Below are positions 9,122 to 20,384 of a stretch of DNA of 26,243 nt, piece after piece. This DNA is from Gammaproteobacteria bacterium (GTDB taxonomy: Bacteria > Pseudomonadota > Gammaproteobacteria > JACKNK01). Made by a program: the position numbers and the translations under genes. Below the pieces are notes generated by a model. That model searched no databases. It saw only the letters and a program-made list of their open reading frames with translations, and had not been told where the DNA came from. The stretch spans positions 1 to 26,243 of the forward strand of contig JBMYTY010000001.1 in NCBI GenBank assembly GCA_049604855.1. The letters are read 5' to 3'. Each line of letters begins with the position of its first letter. The stretch's first letter is position 1.

Positions 9122-10549
9122 TTGCACCCACCCCTCTGGCAGCATTGTTTAGGGCGTTTGGAGACCACCCTCTCCGAGCAGCAACTCAACATGTGGATCA
9201 GACCGTTGCAAGCCGAGTTGGTGGGAAACACCTTGCATCTGTTTGCGCCAAACCGGTTCGTTCTGGATTGGGTGGCGAAGCATTTCCTTGAGACGATCAA
9301 CACCATCGCTCACGAGATCGATGGGGGGGATGTGCTTGAGTCCATCGCGCTGGATATCGGCTCGACGCGGAAGACCACGGTGCAAACAGCGGCGAAGAAG
9401 GCCCCCGTCGCCACCTCGAATCCACCCCGCCTTGCCGCGGGAGCGAATGTCGATACCGGTATGGAGTCGCAACCGAACCGGACCGGTGTCGGACCCGTGA
9501 GTCCAGAGCCTGAGTTGATCGTCTCTGGAGCGGAGGGTCTCAACGAAGCGTTCACCTTTGACGTATTCGTCGAGGGCAAATCCAACCAACTGGCGCGGGC
9601 CGCGGCGTTTCAGGTCGGGGAGAACCCGGGACTGGCATACAACCCCTTGTACATCTACGGCGGTGTAGGCCTGGGTAAAACCCATCTGATGCACGCCGCG
9701 GGGAACATGATGAGACAGATAGATCCCTCCGCTCGGGTTGCCTACGTCCATTCCGAGGGTTTTGTCGGCGACATGGTGAAAGCGCTCCAACACGGCACGA
9801 TCGACCAGTTCAAACGCAAATACCGCTCCGTCAACGCTCTGCTCATTGACGACATACAGTTCTTCGCGGGTAAAGAACGTTCCCAGGAGGAGTTCTTTCA
9901 CACGTTCAACCATCTACTTGAGTCCAATCAACAGGTCATCATGACCTGTGATCGGTTCGCGAAGGAGGTGGACGGGCTGGAGGAGCGTCTTCAGTCCCGC
10001 TGCGGCTGGGGATTGACCGTTGCTATTGAACCCCCCGAGCTCGAAACACGCGTGGCCATACTCCAAACCAAGGCGGAGGAGTACGGCATGGAACTGGACA
10101 AGGAGATCGCCTTCTTCGTCGCCCAGCGCATCCGTTCAAACGTACGCGAGCTAGAAGGCGCGCTGAAAAGGATCATGGCCAACGCGCGATTCACGGGCCG
10201 CGCCATCACCTTGGATTTCACCAAGGAAGCGCTGAGAGACGTTCTGGCGATCCAGGACAAACTGATCACTTTGGAGAACATCCAGAGAACGGTTGCGGAG
10301 TACTTCAAGATCCGGGTTTCGGATCTTCACTCCAAGCGTCGGAGCCGGTCAGTAACCCGTCCGCGACAGCTGGCCATGGCCCTGGCGAAAGAACTGACAC
10401 GCCACAGCCTTCCCGAAATCGGTGACGCTTTCGGTGGCCGTGACCACACCACGGTGCTTCATGCCGTGAGGAAGGTTCGCGAGCTTCGGGAAACCGATGG
10501 CTCGTTCAAGGAAGACTATGAGAACCTGTTGAGAACCATGCAAAGTTGA
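9122..10549 (+). CDS. dnaA: Chromosomal replication initiator DnaA (about 475 aa)
   Basis: [84 protein letters not shown]. Start inferred at TTG 9122 from homology; the longer track ORF overlaps rpmH. Confidence 0.97.
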   Translation: MHPPLWQHCLGRLETTLSEQQLNMWIRPLQAELVGNTLHLFAPNRFVLDWVAKHFLETINTIAHEIDGGDVLESIALDIGSTRKTTVQTAAKKAPVATSNPPRLAAGANVDTGMESQPNRTGVGPVSPEPELIVSGAEGLNEAFTFDVFVEGKSNQLARAAAFQVGENPGLAYNPLYIYGGVGLGKTHLMHAAGNMMRQIDPSARVAYVHSEGFVGDMVKALQHGTIDQFKRKYRSVNALLIDDIQFFAGKERSQEEFFHTFNHLLESNQQVIMTCDRFAKEVDGLEERLQSRCGWGLTVAIEPPELETRVAILQTKAEEYGMELDKEIAFFVAQRIRSNVRELEGALKRIMANARFTGRAITLDFTKEALRDVLAIQDKLITLENIQRTVAEYFKIRVSDLHSKRRSRSVTRPRQLAMALAKELTRHSLPEIGDAFGGRDHTTVLHAVRKVRELRETDGSFKEDYENLLRTMQS

Positions 10550-10781
10550 TGGGCATAAGCGGTGGATAAACATGGGAACAAATCAGCGCCCTACGGTTTT
10601 CCCCATTTCATCCACAGGTAACGACGGCATGAACTCACAGTTTCCAGGATCGGAAAACGTGCGTTAAGCATCTGAAAAATAAACAGAAAGTGGTGTTATC
10701 CCCAAACATTCGGGATGCCTATAACAACTACTTTCCTATATATATATCTTTCTCTATTTATTGAGACACCACAGGTCGAAC
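10550..10781. other. Probable replication origin oriC (dnaA-dnaN intergenic)
   Basis: Four one-mismatch DnaA boxes (GGTGGATAA 10561-10569 reverse, TTTTCCCCA 10597-10605, TCATCCACA 10608-10616, TTATCCCCA 10696-10704), then trio-like TAT AAC AAC TAC (10720-10731) and an AT-rich tract including TATATATATAT (10737-10747). Confidence 0.8.
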
Positions 10782-11882
10782 ATGAAACTCAGCATTGATC
10801 GGGAATCCTTGCTCAAGCCACTTCAACAGGCAGTCGGTGTGGTGGAGAAACGCCAGACCCTCCCGGTGTTATCGAACCTGCTGCTTGAAGCGCGTGGTGA
10901 TCGTATGGAGATCATCGGGACGGACCTCGAGGTTGAGCTCTCTGCCTCCATGCCGCTGGATACGCCTCTTGAAGGTCAGGTGACCTTGCCTGCTCGTAAG
11001 CTCGTTGATATCTGTCGCAGCCTCCCGGAGGGAGCCACGATCGGTCTTGATGTCGATGGGCGGAAGGCGGTCTTGAAATCCGGACGCAGTCGTTTCTCGC
11101 TCGCGACTCTTGCCGCCGATGAGTTTCCGAAGGTTGATGACATCGGAACGGTGACCGAGGTGGTGATCAATCAGAGCGACTTCAAACGGATGCTTGAGCG
11201 CACCCACTTCGCAATGGCGATTCAGGATGTCCGTTACTACCTCAACGGTATGCTGCTCGAGATCGATCGTGACCATCTGCGTGCGGTTGCGACCGATGGA
11301 CATCGCTTGGCGATGTGCACGGTTCCGGGCACACATACCGTTGAGGAACGACAACAGGTGATTGTGCCCCGGAAAGCGGTACAGGAGCTCATGCGTCTGC
11401 TCGAAACGACCGACGATGAGATCGTCCTCCAACTGGGTACGAATCACGTGCGTGCCCGCCTGGGTAATGTTCAATTTACCAGTAAGATTATTGATGGCCG
11501 TTTCCCTGACTATGATCGGGTCGTTCCTCAAGGCGGTGGTCGCGTGATGTCCGCGGATCGGGAGGGCCTTCGCCAGGCGCTGTCCAGGACATCGATCTTG
11601 TCCAATGAAAAGTATCGTGGTGTGCGCTTGGCTCTCGCGGCGAACCTTCTCACTGTCCAGGCGCACAATCCGGACCAGGAAGAGGCCGAAGATGAGGTTG
11701 AGGTTGTTTATTCGGGCGAGGAGTTCGAGATCGGCTTCAACGTCAACTACCTCTTGGACGCCTTGGGTGTCATGGAAGCTGAAACGGTCGAGGTTTCTTT
11801 TAGTGACGCCAACAGTAGTGCTCTTATTTCTGGAGAGGACGACACCGGGTGTCGCAATGTCGTGATGCCGATGAGGTTGTAG
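10782..11882 (+). CDS. dnaN: DNA polymerase III beta clamp (366 aa)
   Basis: MKLSIDRESLLKPL, TLPVLSNLL, GTDLE, DVRYYLNGM, ATDGHRLA, IDGRFPDY, VVMPMRL. ATG at 10782. Confidence 0.98.
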   Translation: MKLSIDRESLLKPLQQAVGVVEKRQTLPVLSNLLLEARGDRMEIIGTDLEVELSASMPLDTPLEGQVTLPARKLVDICRSLPEGATIGLDVDGRKAVLKSGRSRFSLATLAADEFPKVDDIGTVTEVVINQSDFKRMLERTHFAMAIQDVRYYLNGMLLEIDRDHLRAVATDGHRLAMCTVPGTHTVEERQQVIVPRKAVQELMRLLETTDDEIVLQLGTNHVRARLGNVQFTSKIIDGRFPDYDRVVPQGGGRVMSADREGLRQALSRTSILSNEKYRGVRLALAANLLTVQAHNPDQEEAEDEVEVVYSGEEFEIGFNVNYLLDALGVMEAETVEVSFSDANSSALISGEDDTGCRNVVMPMRL

Positions 11883-11938
11883 GCTGACCAGGTGGTTTCT
11901 GGCTTCAGCGTGTTTTACGCGCGAATCCCATGTTGGAG

Positions 11939-11965
11939 AAACGGAGGCCTCGGTCTCCGTTTTTT
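11939..11965 (+). terminator. Intrinsic terminator between dnaN and recF
   Basis: AAACGGAGGC, CTCG loop, GTCTCCGTTT: a 10-bp stem (one G-U) running into TTTTTT (11960-11965). Confidence 0.75.
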
Positions 11966-11980
11966 GTTGAGGCGCCTCCT

Positions 11981-13046
11981 ATGAGCCTTAGCAGGATTGT
12001 ACTTCGTGACTTTCGCAATCTTGTTCACGCTGAGATCGAGCCAGCCCCTGGGCTCAATATTTTCGTCGGGGCGAATGGGGCCGGGAAGACCTCGTTTCTG
12101 GAGGCCTTGGTTTGTATGGCCCGGGGCAGGCCTCTCAGGTCTGGGCGCGGTAGCAGTATCGTCCGGGATGGGACGGATAAGGCACATGTGTTCGTGGAGG
12201 TCACCACGGACTATTCGAAGCACCGTCTTGGGTTCGAGCGTTCGCGCCACGGGGTGCAATTGCGTTGCGATGGCGAGGCGGTGAGTTCATTCCTCTCTTT
12301 GGGGCGGCATCTCCCTGTGCGGTTTTTTGGCCCCGATAGCCAATTGTTGGTTGATGGTGGTCCCGAGCTACGCAGAGGTTTTTTGGATTGGGGTTTGTTT
12401 CACGTGGAACATGAGTCGCTGGCGGTGATGACGCGCTACAGGCGCACACTGAAGCAACGCAATAAAATGCTGTACGAAAAAACGGCGAATCTAGACGGCG
12501 ATCCGTTCGTAGAGGACCTAGGGCGTACAGGTGATCGTTGGACGGAGTTGCGATCGGCCCATGTGCACGGGCTTGAGCAAATGCTTCGGATCGAACCCGA
12601 CGCCTTGTCCAAACACGGGAAAATTGATCTGCTGTTCAGAAAGGGCTATCCGGACAATTCCCCCCTGGAAACGGTGCTTAGGCGCCAATCTGCGGATGAC
12701 CAGGAGAAAGGCTTCACCACCGTTGGGGCCCATCGCGCGGACCTCGATGTGCGTGTTGCCGGAAGCGGTCTCAAGGGTCGGATATCGCGTGGCCAACAGA
12801 AGATGACCACATACCGCTTGTTGCGAAGCCAGGCCGCTTACCTCGCGAAGAAGACAGGCAAAGAACCAATCCTTCTTGTCGATGACCTTGGATCAGAACT
12901 GGATCCGATCTCGAGTCAATCGATTCTCAATGATTTGTGCGTATTGGGTTGGCAGGTCTTTGTAACAGTACTTCCGGGTGCTATCACACCTGAACAACAA
13001 CCAACCGCGCGTTGGTTCCACGTGGAACAGGCAAGCATCAAGCCGG

Positions 13047-13054
<8 letters not shown>
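11981..13054 (+). CDS. recF: DNA replication/repair protein RecF (357 aa)
   Basis: GANGAGKTS Walker A, RRGFLDWGLFHVE, GAHRADL, SRGQQK signature, LLVDDLGSELD Walker B. ATG 11981 with GAGG 8 nt upstream. Confidence 0.95.
12396..12411. promoter_or_regulatory. parS centromere site 1 (inside recF)
   Basis: TGTTTCACGTGGAACA matches the chromosomal parS consensus TGTT(T/C)CACGTG(A/G)AACA; parAB lie in the window. Confidence 0.88.
13014..13029. promoter_or_regulatory. parS centromere site 2 (recF 3' end)
   Basis: GGTTCCACGTGGAACA is a 15/16 match with a 14-bp perfect core palindrome. Confidence 0.85.
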
Positions 13055-15496
<2,442 letters not shown>

Positions 15497-15506
15497 TCAG
15501 CGCGTA

Positions 15507-15560
15507 GCGCCGCTTTCAAGCTGGATTCAAATCAGAGAGAAAGGGCCCTGAAAGCAGCGC
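15507..15560. repeat. 12-bp inverted repeat between convergent gyrB and gmhB
   Basis: GCGCCGCTTTCA (15507-15518) and TGAAAGCAGCGC (15549-15560) are 11/12 complementary with a 30-nt spacer. No U-tract. Confidence 0.45.
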
Positions 15561-15582
15561 GAACCGACAGGGAATGACCCGG

Positions 15583-16152
15583 TCAGACATCGCCCTCGAA
15601 CAACAGCGCGTCCACAAACGCGGACAAATCATCGTAGACCGGTACCCCTAGCAGATGCTCGGGGTTTTCAAGGGTTCGCATGCCTTTGCCCGTTCTCACC
15701 AGGAAAGGATCGGCTCCCGCGGCGCGTGCCGCCTGCAGATCCCGAAGGGAATCACCCAGGGCCGGTACACCCTCCAGTGACACGTTGAGACGTCGAGCAA
15801 CGGAATTGAACATTCCCGGCTTCGGCTTGCGGCATTCGCAGTTGTCATCCGGGCCGTGAGGGCAGAACAACACAGCCTCAATCTCCCCACCCAGGTCGTT
15901 CACCATGCGATGCATCTTGTGGTGCATGGCATTGAGTGTGCTCAGGTTGTAATAGCCACGTGAAATCCCGGACTGATTGGTCAGGACGACAACGCGGAAA
16001 CCGTGTTGTGACAGCCGGGCGATGGCCTCGAGACTGCCTGCAATGGGTTGCCACTCAGCCACCGTGCGTATGTAGTTGTCTGAGTCCTCGTTGATCACCC
16101 CGTCACGGTCAAGGAGGATCAGTCGTGACGGATTGGGAGTGAAATCGCCCAT
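15583..16152 (-). CDS. gmhB: D-glycero-D-manno-heptose 1,7-bisphosphate phosphatase (HAD-IIIA)
   Basis: LDRDGVINED (DxD), TNQSG, CPH..CECRKPKPGM zinc motif, GDSLRDL. ATG 16152 with GGTGA 7 nt upstream; typical position after glyS. Confidence 0.88.
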   Translation of the reverse strand: MGDFTPNPSRLILLDRDGVINEDSDNYIRTVAEWQPIAGSLEAIARLSQHGFRVVVLTNQSGISRGYYNLSTLNAMHHKMHRMVNDLGGEIEAVLFCPHGPDDNCECRKPKPGMFNSVARRLNVSLEGVPALGDSLRDLQAARAAGADPFLVRTGKGMRTLENPEHLLGVPVYDDLSAFVDALLFEGDV

Positions 16153-16219
16153 GAAATGTTCACCAGTGTCAGCCGAGGCCGTGGATTTAGGGGTGTCATC
16201 CAACAAGCCATGCCAAATA

Positions 16220-16239
16220 TACTGTATCAATAAACAGTT
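16220..16239. promoter_or_regulatory. LexA (SOS) box overlapping a candidate gmhB promoter
   Basis: TACTGTATCAATAAACAGTT = CTGT-N8-ACAG with an AT-rich spacer. On the minus strand it overlaps an extended -10 TG-A-TACAGT (16229-16221). Confidence 0.75.
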
Positions 16240-16242
16240 TAA

Positions 16243-18315
16243 TCAGACACGGCCGACATCAGCGACCTGCTTGAACAAATCCTGAACCCCGGCGAGAAGC
16301 GCCAATCGATTGGCACGAACCCTGGGATCGTCAGCCATCACCATGACATTGTCGAAAAAGGCGTCCACGGGATCTCGTAATCCCGACATCTCCGATAGCG
16401 CGGCGCTGTAGTCACCCTTCGCCATCTCCGGCGCGACACGGGCGGAAACCTCGCTGAGTACGTCGTGAAGACTGGACTCCGCCTCCGTGTCGAACAGCGC
16501 GACATCCGGTTTCGATGGGATGTCGTCCCCGGATTTGCGCAGGATGTTCGCGATTCGTTTGTTCGCCGCCGCGAGTGCCTCCGCCTCATCCTTCGCTTGA
16601 AAGGCGATGACCGCGCCGACCCGACGGTCGAAATCAGCAAGCTCGTCTGGCTCAACGGCGGAAACGGCGTCGAAAACCCCGGGTGATACACCGGCATCGA
16701 GGTATAGACCTTTGAGCCGCTCAAGCATGAAGCCGTGAACCTCGGCGACGACGCCGGGCTGAGCTTCCAGCTTGTCTCCCAGCCCCGAAGCGGCTTGCTC
16801 AAGAAGCTCCCTGAGAGAAAGGCTCAGCCCGCCCTCTTTGAGAATCCTGAGAGCGCCCAACGCCGCCCGGCGCAAGGCGAAGGGATCCTTGTCGCCCGTG
16901 GGTTTCATGCCTATCCCGAAGATACCGACCAAGGTATCCAGGCGTTCCGCGAGCGCGAGCGCCGTCCCGGTCTGGCTTTGCGGTAGCTCATCACCGGAGA
17001 AGCGCGGCATGTAGAACTCGTCCAATGCCTGGGCAAGCTCCGGATCCTCTCCATCGCGCAGAGCCTGATACCGGCCCATGATTCCCTGCATTTCCGGAAA
17101 CTCGTAGACCATGGCCGTCATCAGATCACAGCGCGACAGTCGGCCCGCACGGTCGGCCCGGACGGTATCCGCTCCGAGCTTGCCCGCGATGTATGCGGCG
17201 AGTTGCGCGACCCGTTCCGACTTCTCCCCCATGCTCCCGAGCTTGTGCTGGAAGACGACGTGGTCCAACTCCGGAATGAGATCTTCCAGACGTTTCTTGC
17301 CGTCTTGCTCCCAGAAGAACATGGCATCCGCAAGTCGGGGACGAACCACGCGTTCATTGCCGGCCCGGATCAGCTCGGGCTTGGGACTATCCACGTTTGC
17401 GATGGTGATGAAATAGTTCATCAAGGCGCCATCGCCAGTGAATACCGGAAAGTACTTCTGGTTCTGCTTCATGGTCAGCACCAGCGCCTCGTGGGGCACG
17501 GCCAGGAAGCGTTCCTCGAAGGACCCCGCGATCGGTACCGGCCATTCGTTGAGCGCGGTCACCTCATCCAGGAGCTCCTCATCCATGTCCGCGACGCCGC
17601 CCAGCTCCGTTGCCGTACGCGCGACCTGGTCCGCGATCAAGGACCGGCGGCGCTCGAAGGATGCGATCACGCGGCCATCGTGCTCCAGACGTTCCGCATA
17701 GTCGGCCGGTTGTTCGATCGTGATCTCGCCCGACGCCATGAAGCGGTGTCCGCGGCTGTTACGGCCCGAGGGGGTGTCCAGCAGGGTGCAGGGAACGATC
17801 TGGTCGCCATGCAACATGATCAACCAATGGACGGGCCGGACAAACTGGGCCTCTGATGCGCCCCAGCGCATACGTTTCGGTATAGGGAGTTTATTGAGAG
17901 CCTGCTCGACAATGTCCCGCAATAGCTCGGCGGCGGATTGCCCCGACTTCTCAACCGTGTAGGCCAGCCACGCTCCCTTGTCGGTCTCGAGGCGCCCGAG
18001 TTCCTCCACACCAACACCGCAGGAACGTGCGAAACCCTGCGCCGCCTTGGTGGGCTTGCCGTCGTCGTCGAAGGCAACAGCGACAGCGGGACCCCGGCGC
18101 TCCTCGGACCGGTCCGCTTGTCGGCTCTGAAGATCCTTGATCAATAACGCCAGACGGCGGGGGGCGGCGTAGGCACTGATTTCACCGTAAGACAGCCCGG
18201 CCTGCTCGAGCCCGCTGACAATGCCGTCCTGCAGTGAGCGGGATAGCTTCGGAAGGGCTTTCGGCGGTAATTCCTCGGTGCCCAGTTCGAACAGAAAATC
18301 GGCGTGATCAGCCAT
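16243..18315 (-). CDS. glyS: Glycine-tRNA ligase beta subunit (690 aa)
   Basis: [63 protein letters not shown] at 18315 overlaps the glyQ stop. Confidence 0.98.
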   Translation of the reverse strand: MADHADFLFELGTEELPPKALPKLSRSLQDGIVSGLEQAGLSYGEISAYAAPRRLALLIKDLQSRQADRSEERRGPAVAVAFDDDGKPTKAAQGFARSCGVGVEELGRLETDKGAWLAYTVEKSGQSAAELLRDIVEQALNKLPIPKRMRWGASEAQFVRPVHWLIMLHGDQIVPCTLLDTPSGRNSRGHRFMASGEITIEQPADYAERLEHDGRVIASFERRRSLIADQVARTATELGGVADMDEELLDEVTALNEWPVPIAGSFEERFLAVPHEALVLTMKQNQKYFPVFTGDGALMNYFITIANVDSPKPELIRAGNERVVRPRLADAMFFWEQDGKKRLEDLIPELDHVVFQHKLGSMGEKSERVAQLAAYIAGKLGADTVRADRAGRLSRCDLMTAMVYEFPEMQGIMGRYQALRDGEDPELAQALDEFYMPRFSGDELPQSQTGTALALAERLDTLVGIFGIGMKPTGDKDPFALRRAALGALRILKEGGLSLSLRELLEQAASGLGDKLEAQPGVVAEVHGFMLERLKGLYLDAGVSPGVFDAVSAVEPDELADFDRRVGAVIAFQAKDEAEALAAANKRIANILRKSGDDIPSKPDVALFDTEAESSLHDVLSEVSARVAPEMAKGDYSAALSEMSGLRDPVDAFFDNVMVMADDPRVRANRLALLAGVQDLFKQVADVGRV

Positions 18316-19234
18316 GGGCCACCTCCTTTTCACTGGAAAGCATGGGAAAGCCCAGGCGCTCGCGAGCGGCGTAGTAGGCTTCGGCGACACCACGTGCCAG
18401 GGTGCGAACACGGAGGATGAAGCGCTGCCGTTCCGTCACCGATATGGCATGCCGGGCGTCGAGGAGGTTGAAGGTGTGCGATGCGCGCAAAACCTGCTCG
18501 TAAGCCGGCAGGGGCAGGTCCGCCTCGATCAGCTTGCCTGCCTCGCGCTCACACTGAGCAAACAGGCTGAACAGGAAATCCACGTCCGCGTGCTCGAAGT
18601 TGTAGGCGGATTGTTCAACCTCGTTCTGATGGAAAACATCACCGTAGGTGACAGGCCCCTGGGGGCCGACGGTCCAGACCAGGTCATAGACGCTCTCCAC
18701 ACCCTGCAGGTACATGGCGATGCGCTCGAGACCGTAGGTGATTTCGCCGGTCACCGGGCGGCAATCGAGACCACCGACCTGCTGGAAATAGGTGAACTGA
18801 GTCACCTCCATACCGTTGAGCCAGACCTCCCAGCCCAAACCCCAGGCACCCAGCGTGGGCGATTCCCAGTTGTCCTCCACGAAGCGGATATCGTGCACCG
18901 AGGTATCCAACCCCAACATGCGCAGAGACCCCAGGTACAGGTCCTGAATGTCCGTCGGGTTGGGTTTCATCACCACCTGGTACTGGTAGTAATGCTGAAG
19001 ACGGTTCGGATTCTCACCGTAGCGCCCGTCGGTCGGCCGCCGGGAGGGTTGAACGTAGGCGGCATTCCAGGGCTCCGGGCCCAGGGATCGGAGAAAGGTT
19101 GCGGTATGGAACGTCCCCGCACCCACCTCCATGTCGTAGGGTTGAAGGATGACGCAGCCTTGATCGGCCCAATACTGGTTCAGGGCCATGATGAGCCCTT
19201 GAAAGGTGGAGGCGTCCACGGTGCTGGATGACAA
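18308..19234 (-). CDS. glyQ: Glycine-tRNA ligase alpha subunit
   Basis: [69 protein letters not shown]. Start is TTG 19234 or GTG 19219. Confidence 0.98.
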   Translation of the reverse strand: MSSSTVDASTFQGLIMALNQYWADQGCVILQPYDMEVGAGTFHTATFLRSLGPEPWNAAYVQPSRRPTDGRYGENPNRLQHYYQYQVVMKPNPTDIQDLYLGSLRMLGLDTSVHDIRFVEDNWESPTLGAWGLGWEVWLNGMEVTQFTYFQQVGGLDCRPVTGEITYGLERIAMYLQGVESVYDLVWTVGPQGPVTYGDVFHQNEVEQSAYNFEHADVDFLFSLFAQCEREAGKLIEADLPLPAYEQVLRASHTFNLLDARHAISVTERQRFILRVRTLARGVAEAYYAARERLGFPMLSSEKEVAHG

Positions 19235-19444
19235 GATTCTGACCCGGGTCGTAGTGCGAGTGGGCGCGCAGTATATAACGCTGGGGCGGGACACCGGGCC
19301 CACGGCCTTTTCCCCGACACCCGATAGAGGGCACACCGGACGCACCGCCGCCGCATTGGTTTGAACGCTACCGGGCCTTGCACCAGAATGTCGGTTCACC
19401 ATCGCGTTCCCGCACCTGGGCGCGAAGAAAACGGGCCCTTATTG

Positions 19445-20365
19445 ATGAGCCAAAGGCCGCAATTAAATAAAACAAGGACGGCCCCGATACAGCATCCGAG
19501 AGTCAAGAGCCCGGAAGCCCTCGTCGTCATGCCGCGGTCTCATGTTGGACGCGGTGCACCCCGCTGGCTTCTGGTCCTCGTCATCGCGATGCTCGTCGCC
19601 GCGCTCATAGGTCAATGGTGGTGGTTCGAATACCAACCACGCACCGTCGACACCGGGGATTCGACTCAGACGGCCCAATCGGCCTCTACGCCCCGGATCG
19701 ATCAGCCCGCCCCCGTCGAGGTGCCGAAGACACCTGAACCGAAACCCGCACCGGTCGCGAAGACGGAACCCGCTCCCGAGTCCGCGGCGGCGGAAGCCGA
19801 ACGGGTCGCCCTGCGAAGACAGGCGAATGAGCAACGGCGGAAGGCCACCGACCTTGAGATCAAGCTGCGTGATGTCCAGATGAAGCTGGATGACGCCAAT
19901 CGGGAAGTCGAGCTTCTTCGCGCCCGTCCGGAGCCCGAAGCGCCGCAAGCCAAGCCACTCGAGTTCGCGCTGGGCGGGGTCGATCCCAGGACCTTCGAAA
20001 TCGAAAAGGATGGTGGCCAGGTCAAGTACCGGGTACAGCTTGCCCGCGCGCTCACAGCGGGTTCACCCATCGACGATTCACCGGTAAAGATCACGCTCGG
20101 GAATGGACCGACGGTGAGTGGCAACATCCGCATGGTGATCGTCCCGCTGGGAAATCGTAACGAACGTATCTACGAACCCGTGGAGGCATGGAAACGGGAG
20201 AATGGTTGGCCCATCGATGTGAGCGCGGGCGTGCAGACCATCGAAGGGCGTTTCGAGATGCCCGATTCAGGAATCGATGAGGTCCGCCTGGAGGTCCTGC
20301 GCTATGGCCCGGGTAACGGTTACACCCTGATCCGACGGGTCACCCGCTGGCCGGACAAAGACTGA
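19445..20365 (+). CDS. Uncharacterised single-pass membrane protein with Pro/Ala linker, coiled coil and C-terminal beta-rich domain (DUF6776-like?)
   Basis: TM helix WLLVLVIAMLVAALIGQWWWF, PAPVEVPKTPEPKPAP linker, heptad region, then YRVQL..QTIEGRFEMP..EVRLEV..RW. Start is ATG 19445 or 19529. Family assignment is by eye only. Confidence 0.75.
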   Translation: MSQRPQLNKTRTAPIQHPRVKSPEALVVMPRSHVGRGAPRWLLVLVIAMLVAALIGQWWWFEYQPRTVDTGDSTQTAQSASTPRIDQPAPVEVPKTPEPKPAPVAKTEPAPESAAAEAERVALRRQANEQRRKATDLEIKLRDVQMKLDDANREVELLRARPEPEAPQAKPLEFALGGVDPRTFEIEKDGGQVKYRVQLARALTAGSPIDDSPVKITLGNGPTVSGNIRMVIVPLGNRNERIYEPVEAWKRENGWPIDVSAGVQTIEGRFEMPDSGIDEVRLEVLRYGPGNGYTLIRRVTRWPDKD

Positions 20366-20384
20366 AGCGGAGCGTCGCTGAATC

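Noticed and set aside
10672-10686. CTGAAAAATAAACAG, LexA-like, inside oriC
   Set aside because: The spacing is CTG-N9-CAG, one base short of the required N10, and it lacks CTGT.
12470-12485. CTGT-N8-ACGG inside recF
   Set aside because: Mismatch in the invariant CAG, mid-CDS, with no associated promoter.
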